In this document: one piece after another, positions 58,366 to 64,000 of the stretch
How the letters are laid out: each line of letters begins with the position of its first letter
Position numbering within the stretch: the stretch's first letter is position 1
NCBI GenBank assembly: GCA_963799425.1
Contig: CAWCXA010000011.1
Span: 99,263 to 163,262, forward strand
DNA length: 64,000 bases
Source of the DNA: an uncultured Actinomycetota bacterium
Lineage (GTDB): Bacteria; Actinomycetota; Actinomycetes; Jiangellales; Jiangellaceae
Reading direction: 5' to 3'
The notes under the pieces: generated by a model
What the model saw: only the letters and a program-made list of their open reading frames with translations
The model's database searches: none
What the model was told of the DNA's origin: nothing
Program-made: the position numbers and the translations under genes

Positions 58366-59895
58366 ATGGCCACGGTCGAGGATGTGCGAGCGATCAACGT
58401 ACCCGTCCGAGACGTGGCCATGGTCGACGGTGTGTTCCGCGGCGGCCGCCGGGTGTCGGGCGCCGGCAACATACACGATGTCGTGGATCCGGCCAACGGT
58501 CGACCCGTGGCCCGCTACGGCCTGGCGACCGCCGAGGACGTCGACGCCGCGGTCGCGGATGCACGCGCGGCGTTCCCCGAGTGGTCGGGCAGCACTCCGG
58601 CCGAGCGGTCAGCCGCTCTGACCCGCCTCGCTGCGATCCTCACCGAGCGAGCGGAGGGGCTCGCGCACACCGAGACCCGCCAGACTGGCAAGCCCATCCG
58701 GCTGTCGACCGGCTTCGACGTGCCCGGCACGATCGACAACGTCGCCTACTTCGCCGGCGCCGCCCGTAGTCTCGAGGGCAGGGCGAGCGCGGAGTACAGC
58801 CCCGACCACACCTCGTCGATCCGCCGCGAAGCGGTCGGGGTGATCGGCTCGATCGCTCCGTGGAACTACCCGCTGCAGATGGCGGCCTGGAAGATCCTGC
58901 CCGCGATAGCCGCCGGCAACACGATCGTGCTCAAGCCCTCCGAGCTCACACCACTCACGTCGCTTGCCCTCGCCAAGGCCTGCCAGGACGCCGGCATTCC
59001 GGACGGTGTTGTCAACGTCGTGAGCGGGCTCGGGCTTGACGCGGGACAGGCGCTGGTAGGCCATCCCGGTGTCGACATGGTCTCGTTCACCGGTTCGACC
59101 CGAGCCGGCCGCGAGGTCATGACCGCCGCGGCGCGCGGCCTCAAGCGCGTGCACATGGAGCTAGGAGGCAAGGCTCCGTTCCTCGTCTTCGACGACGCCG
59201 ACCTCGATGCCGCCATCAACGGCGCGGTCGCGGGCTCCCTCATCAACACTGGGCAGGACTGCACCGCGGCAACCCGAGCGATCGTTCACCGCAGCGTGAT
59301 CGACGACTTCGTCACCGGTGTCGCCGACCTCATGCGAGACGTACGGCTTGGCAACCCGCTCGACCACGCCACCGACATGGGCCCGCTCGTGTCCATCGCG
59401 CAGCGTGACCGCGTGTCCGGCTTTGTGGAGCGTGCCCGCGCCGCCGGCGCGCGAGTCGTGACCGGTGGCCGGTCACCCGGCGGCGCCCTCGCCACCGGTG
59501 CCTTCTACGAGCCCACCCTCGTCACCGACGTCGACGCGGGTGCAGAGATCGTCCGCGATGAAGTTTTCGGGCCGGTGCTCGTCGCCATGGCGTTCGATAC
59601 CGACGACGAGGGAATCGCGCTTGCCAACGACACGCCGTACGGCCTCGCGGCATCGGCGTGGACTCGCGACGTTTTCCGGTCCCTGCGAGCCACGCGCGAG
59701 ATCCGCGCGGGCTGCGTCTGGATCAACGACCACATCCCGATCGTGAGCGAGATGCCGCATGGGGGGTACGGTCAGTCGGGCTTCGGCAAGGACATGAGCC
59801 CTTACTCGTTCGATGACTACACCGTGGTCAAGCATGTGATGTGCGACACCTCGGGGGTCGTCCGCAAGACCTGGCACCGCACAATCTTCACCTGA
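58366..59895 (+). CDS. NAD-dependent aldehyde dehydrogenase (aminobutyraldehyde dehydrogenase-like)
   Basis: 509 aa. PWNYPLQMAAWK, FTGSTRAGREV, ELGGKAP and GQDCTAATR. Confidence 0.9.
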   Translation: MATVEDVRAINVPVRDVAMVDGVFRGGRRVSGAGNIHDVVDPANGRPVARYGLATAEDVDAAVADARAAFPEWSGSTPAERSAALTRLAAILTERAEGLAHTETRQTGKPIRLSTGFDVPGTIDNVAYFAGAARSLEGRASAEYSPDHTSSIRREAVGVIGSIAPWNYPLQMAAWKILPAIAAGNTIVLKPSELTPLTSLALAKACQDAGIPDGVVNVVSGLGLDAGQALVGHPGVDMVSFTGSTRAGREVMTAAARGLKRVHMELGGKAPFLVFDDADLDAAINGAVAGSLINTGQDCTAATRAIVHRSVIDDFVTGVADLMRDVRLGNPLDHATDMGPLVSIAQRDRVSGFVERARAAGARVVTGGRSPGGALATGAFYEPTLVTDVDAGAEIVRDEVFGPVLVAMAFDTDDEGIALANDTPYGLAASAWTRDVFRSLRATREIRAGCVWINDHIPIVSEMPHGGYGQSGFGKDMSPYSFDDYTVVKHVMCDTSGVVRKTWHRTIFT

Positions 59896-59940
59896 CAGTT
59901 CCACCCATCCACGCCGCGCAGAGACGAAGGAAGCCCAACC

Positions 59941-61140
59941 ATGACCCGTAAGCCCCCGCTTTCCCCGGAGGCCCGCGCCGTCCTCTCGCTGATGTCCCGT
60001 CGCACAGTGCTGCGTGGGGCGGGCGCGCTGGGCGCCGCCGCCGCCCTGGCCGCCTGCGGCACGGACGGCACCACCAGTGACGCTCCGTCGGCGGCGACCG
60101 ACTTGTCGGAGGAGGAAAAGGTCGTCCGGTGGGCCAACTGGGCCTACTACCTCGACTACGACGACGAGGCGCAGAACTACCCGACCCTCGAGCGGTTCAA
60201 GCAGGAGACCGGGATAGACGCGACCTACGTCGAGGACATCGAGGACAACGACTCCTATTTCAGCAAGATCGCGCCGCAGCTCCGCGACGGCCAGGACATC
60301 GGCCAGGACCTCGTGGTGTTCACCGACTGGATGGCCACTCGCCTGATCCGTCAGTCCCTCGTGCAAAAGCTCGACGCCGCCAACATCCCCAACAAGGGCA
60401 ACATCCTGGCCAACCTCGCCAACGTCGATTTCGACCCCGGCCGCGAGCACTCCCTGACCTGGCAGTCCGGCTTCGCCGGCATAGCGTGGAACATGGAGAA
60501 GGTGCCCAACGGCCTGCAGTCGGTATCCGACCTGTGGAACCCGGAGCTGCGCGGCCGGGTCGAAGTGTTGTCGGAGATGCGCGACACGATGGGCCTGATC
60601 ATGCTCGAGCAGGGGGTCGACATCTCGGGGGACTTCAGTGACGACGAGTTCTTCAACGGACTCGACGTCCTGCAGCAGCAGCTCGACAACGGCCAGATCC
60701 GGCAGGTCAAGGGCAACTCCTACACCGAGGACCTGATTTCCGAGGACGCCCTCGCCGTCATCGCCTGGTCCGGAGACATCACTGCACTCAATGTCGAGAA
60801 CGGCGAGAAGTGGCAGTTCGCCATCCCGGATGCGGGCGGCACTCTCTGGAGCGACAACCTGCTCGTTCCGATCGGCTCGCCATACAAGGCCAACGCGGAG
60901 CAAGTGATCAACTTCTACTACGACCCCGCGGTAGCAGCTGAGGTTGCGGCCTATGTCAATTACATCTGCCCGGTGCAAGGCGCCAAGGAGGAGATCGTCA
61001 AGATCGACCCCGCGCTCGCTGAGAACCAACTGATCTTCCCCGACGACACGACTCTGGCAAACGTCAAAGTCTTCCGCTCGCTGTCGCCGGAGGAGGAGAC
61101 GACCTTCTCCACCGAGTACCAGAAGACGCTGGGTAACTGA
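59941..61140 (+). CDS. ABC transporter substrate-binding lipoprotein, spermidine/putrescine (PotD/PotF-like)
   Basis: 399 aa. Twin-Arg signal plus lipobox (SRRTVLRGAGALGAAAALAACG). Followed by the PotA/B/C-like genes. Confidence 0.8.
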   Translation: MTRKPPLSPEARAVLSLMSRRTVLRGAGALGAAAALAACGTDGTTSDAPSAATDLSEEEKVVRWANWAYYLDYDDEAQNYPTLERFKQETGIDATYVEDIEDNDSYFSKIAPQLRDGQDIGQDLVVFTDWMATRLIRQSLVQKLDAANIPNKGNILANLANVDFDPGREHSLTWQSGFAGIAWNMEKVPNGLQSVSDLWNPELRGRVEVLSEMRDTMGLIMLEQGVDISGDFSDDEFFNGLDVLQQQLDNGQIRQVKGNSYTEDLISEDALAVIAWSGDITALNVENGEKWQFAIPDAGGTLWSDNLLVPIGSPYKANAEQVINFYYDPAVAAEVAAYVNYICPVQGAKEEIVKIDPALAENQLIFPDDTTLANVKVFRSLSPEEETTFSTEYQKTLGN

Positions 61141-62294
61141 TGACCAACAGCACGGACATCGCCGATGGCGGCGCGGGAGACCTTCGGCTGGTCGGGCTGA
61201 CCAAGCGGTTCGGCTCCTTCACCGCGGTCGACGGCATCGACCTGACAGTGCCCGAGGGGTCGTTCTTCGCACTCCTCGGGCCGTCGGGTTGCGGCAAGAC
61301 GACGACGCTCCGCATGATTGCCGGCCTCGAGGAGCCCACTGCCGGCCAGATCGTGCTCGGCGGGCAGGACGTCACGTACTCGAAGCCCTACAAGCGGCCC
61401 GTCAACACCGTCTTCCAGAGCTATGCGCTCTTTCCGCACCTCGACGTCTTCGAGAACGTCGCCTTCGGCCTCCGGCGTCGTGGGTTCCAGCACCCGAAAC
61501 CACAGGTCGAGGAGGCGCTCGAGCTGGTCCAGCTGGGCCACCTGGCCCGGCGCAAGCCCAGTCAGCTCTCCGGCGGGCAGCAGCAACGCGTCGCACTGGC
61601 CCGGGCGATCGTCAACCGACCACGCGTGCTGCTCCTCGACGAGCCGCTCGGTGCGCTCGACCTCAAGCTGCGGCGTCAGATGCAGGTCGAGCTCAAGCGC
61701 ATCCAGACCGAGGTCGGCCTCACCTTCGTGCACGTCACGCACGACCAGGAAGAGGCCATGACGATGGCCGACACCATTGCGGTGATGAACGAGGGACGCG
61801 TCGAGCAGCTGGGTGCGCCCACCGCGCTGTACGAGTCGCCACACACGACGTTCGTCGCCAACTTCCTCGGCCAGTCCAACCTCGTGACGGGGCGGGTCAT
61901 CGCGGCTGGAGACGTGATGATGGTTGACGTGCTGGGCACCCCGATCGCAGTGCCGGTCAGCCGCTCGCACGTGACCGGCAGCTCGGCGCTGGTGGGCGTC
62001 CGGCCGGAGAAGGTGCGCTTGATCACCGATCCCGCCGCCGTGCCTGCCGGCCTCAACGTCCTGCGCGGCGGCGTGGTGCGCGACGCAAGCTTCATGGGCG
62101 TCTCGACGCAGTACCTCGTCGAGATGCCTTGGGGCCAGGAGCTCACCGTCTTCACCCAGAATCTCGGTGCGGGCGTGGTCGTTCCCGGCACACCGGTCAT
62201 CCTGGCGTGGGACGTTCAGCACACGTTCGCGCTCAGCGGTGACGCGGATGCCGGCGTGATCGTCGACAAGCAGCTCGCCACCGGCGCGGTCTGA
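61140..62294 (+). CDS. potA: ABC transporter ATP-binding protein (PotA-like)
   Basis: 384 aa. Walker A GPSGCGKTT, signature LSGGQQQRVALARA, Walker B LLLDEP. Confidence 0.9.
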   Translation: MTNSTDIADGGAGDLRLVGLTKRFGSFTAVDGIDLTVPEGSFFALLGPSGCGKTTTLRMIAGLEEPTAGQIVLGGQDVTYSKPYKRPVNTVFQSYALFPHLDVFENVAFGLRRRGFQHPKPQVEEALELVQLGHLARRKPSQLSGGQQQRVALARAIVNRPRVLLLDEPLGALDLKLRRQMQVELKRIQTEVGLTFVHVTHDQEEAMTMADTIAVMNEGRVEQLGAPTALYESPHTTFVANFLGQSNLVTGRVIAAGDVMMVDVLGTPIAVPVSRSHVTGSSALVGVRPEKVRLITDPAAVPAGLNVLRGGVVRDASFMGVSTQYLVEMPWGQELTVFTQNLGAGVVVPGTPVILAWDVQHTFALSGDADAGVIVDKQLATGAV

Positions 62295-62313
62295 GCGGAC
62301 GAAGGACTCTCAC

Positions 62314-63216
62314 GTGGTCGCCGTCATCAGTAACGCCACCGCCCACGAGGACGCTGGCCGGTCCCGGCGCAGGCGGCGGCGCATCGCCTACCTCCTGCTG
62401 CTTCCCGGCCTCCTGTGGCTCGCCATCTTCTTCGTCGCCCCGATCCTCACGTTGTTCGGCACGTCGCTGCAGACCCCTGTGCCGGGTGGCGACGTCGGGC
62501 AATACCAGCAGAGCTTCCGGTTCGCCAACTACATCGATGCCATCAGCGAGTACATCCCGCACTTCGTGCGTTCGTTCGTGTACGCCGGAACCGCCACCGT
62601 GCTCGCGCTTCTCATCGGCTATCCGATCGCCTATTTCATCGCGTTCAAGGCCGGCCGCTGGCGCAACCTGCTCCTGGTTATGGTCGTGGCGCCGTTCTTC
62701 ACGAGCTTCATCCTTCGCACGGTGGCCTGGCGGCAGATCCTCGCCGAAGAGGGCTTTGTCGTGCAGACGATGAAGACCATCGGCATCGTGCCCGACGACA
62801 TGAACGTCACCGCGAGCGCCTTCGCCGTCGTGATGGGCCTCACCTACAACTTCCTCGCGTTCATGACTCTGCCGATCTACGCAAGCCTGGAGCGCGTTGA
62901 CCACCGCGTGATCGAGGCCGGCTCCGACCTCTACGGCAACGCGTTCAGCGTGCTACGCAAAGTCACCGTGCCGCTGTCGATGCCGGGCATCGTCGCGGGC
63001 ACTCTGTTGACATTCATCCCGGCGGCCGGCGACTACGTCAACGCCGCCCTGCTCGGCACCGCCCGCACGCAGATGATCGGTAACGTCGTCGAGAGCAGGT
63101 TCTTCCGCATCCAGGACTACCCGACTGCTGCCGCACTGTCGTTCGTACTCATGGCGACGATCCTCGTGCTCGTCACGCTCTACATCCGACGTGCCGGGAC
63201 AGAGGAGCTCGTATGA
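62314..63216 (+). CDS. ABC transporter permease (PotB-like)
   Basis: 300 aa with six TMs. EAA-like loop IEAGSDLYGNAFSVLRKVTVPLSMPG. Confidence 0.9.
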   Translation: MVAVISNATAHEDAGRSRRRRRRIAYLLLLPGLLWLAIFFVAPILTLFGTSLQTPVPGGDVGQYQQSFRFANYIDAISEYIPHFVRSFVYAGTATVLALLIGYPIAYFIAFKAGRWRNLLLVMVVAPFFTSFILRTVAWRQILAEEGFVVQTMKTIGIVPDDMNVTASAFAVVMGLTYNFLAFMTLPIYASLERVDHRVIEAGSDLYGNAFSVLRKVTVPLSMPGIVAGTLLTFIPAAGDYVNAALLGTARTQMIGNVVESRFFRIQDYPTAAALSFVLMATILVLVTLYIRRAGTEELV

Positions 63217-64000
63217 GCATCGCCGAACGCCAGGAGCAGGAGGCCCTGCCGCGCTCGGCGCGACACCGACCGACGGCGGTCCAACAGGGCATCCACTGGT
63301 TGCGCGAGCACCTGCTGCTCATCTATGTGGTTCTCGCTTTCGCCTACATCTTCCTGCCGATCGCCTACGTCACCGTCTTCTCGTTCAACGAGCCCGGACG
63401 CAGCAACCTCACCTGGCGTGGCTTCACCCTCGAGAACTGGGCAAACCCGTGCGGTGCACCGCAGGTGTGCGAGGCGGTCGGCAACAGCCTCAAGATCGGC
63501 GTGGTCGCCACCATCGGCGCCACGGTGCTCGGGACGATGGTTGCGTTCGCTCTCAGTCGTTACCGGTTCCGGGGTCGCGGCGCGGTCAACCTGCTCATCT
63601 TCCTGCCGATGGCCACACCTGAGGTTGTGCTGGCCGCCTCGCTGCTGACCTTGTTCCTCAACCTCGGGACTTTCGAGCTCGGTTTCACCACGATCGTCAT
63701 CGCGCACGTGATGTTCTGCATCAGCTTCGTCGTGGTCACGGTCAAGGCCAGGCTCGCGAGCCTCGACCCGCGGCTGGAAGAAGCGGCGATGGACCTCTAC
63801 GGGAACGAGCGCGTCACGTTCCTGCGGGTGACCCTGCCGCTCGCTGCGCCCGGCATCATCGGTGGGGCACTCCTGGCGTTCAGCCTGTCGTTCGACGACT
63901 ACATCATCACCAGCTTCAACTCTGGTGCTTTCGTGACGTTCCCCAAGTTCGTGTACGTGTCTGCACAGCGCGGCATCCCCGCCCAGGCGTACGTGGTCGG
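63213..64000 (+). CDS. ABC transporter permease (PotC-like), 3' end beyond window
   Basis: ATG 63213 overlaps the upstream stop (ATGA). My translation is MSIAERQEQEALPRS...LEEAAMDLYGNERVTFLRVTLPLAAPG.... It is open to the window end and is absent from the ORF track because no stop is reached. Confidence 0.85.
   Translation, partial: MSIAERQEQEALPRSARHRPTAVQQGIHWLREHLLLIYVVLAFAYIFLPIAYVTVFSFNEPGRSNLTWRGFTLENWANPCGAPQVCEAVGNSLKIGVVATIGATVLGTMVAFALSRYRFRGRGAVNLLIFLPMATPEVVLAASLLTLFLNLGTFELGFTTIVIAHVMFCISFVVVTVKARLASLDPRLEEAAMDLYGNERVTFLRVTLPLAAPGIIGGALLAFSLSFDDYIITSFNSGAFVTFPKFVYVSAQRGIPAQAYVV

Overview
This is a visibly high-GC actinobacterial chromosomal core segment with no rRNA, tRNA, CRISPR or obvious mobile element. 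The backbone is the classic actinobacterial housekeeping synteny. It runs leuS, then comEA-comEC-holA, rpsT, rpsP-KH-rimM-trmD-rplS-lepB-rnhB-DUF2469-yraN-comM-dprA-xerC, then rpsB-tsf-pyrH-frr-cdsA, phosphoketolase and rlmN. It ends in a polyamine (putrescine-type) uptake and catabolism cluster at 54.8-64 kb. The left third is accessory-like. It holds two tandem paralogous LAL-type (P-loop + LuxR) regulators, small redox enzymes and a decayed membrane-protein locus. It also holds a minus-strand string with an AI-2E transporter, DUF3040, a soluble two-component system, two paralogous membrane-anchored repeat proteins, a class F-like sortase and an acidic tandem-repeat surface protein, followed by a BON/HdeD/DUF1003/DUF1707 envelope-stress-like group. 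The most interesting signal is not a gene. It is a 39-bp composite element, TGTCCACATGC-N20-GTCCACAG, present with identical spacing and orientation upstream of comEA-comEC, yraN-comM-dprA and an M23-peptidase/WXG-hydrolase operon. This suggests an undescribed regulon linking DNA-uptake and DNA-processing genes with secreted hydrolases. Other oddities are a comEC reading frame with no stop until holA (it runs antisense through a complete GntR gene), an unrecognised ~60-aa repeat family next to the sortase, and several structured intergenic elements. All calls come from reading the sequence and ORF translations; no database searches were run.
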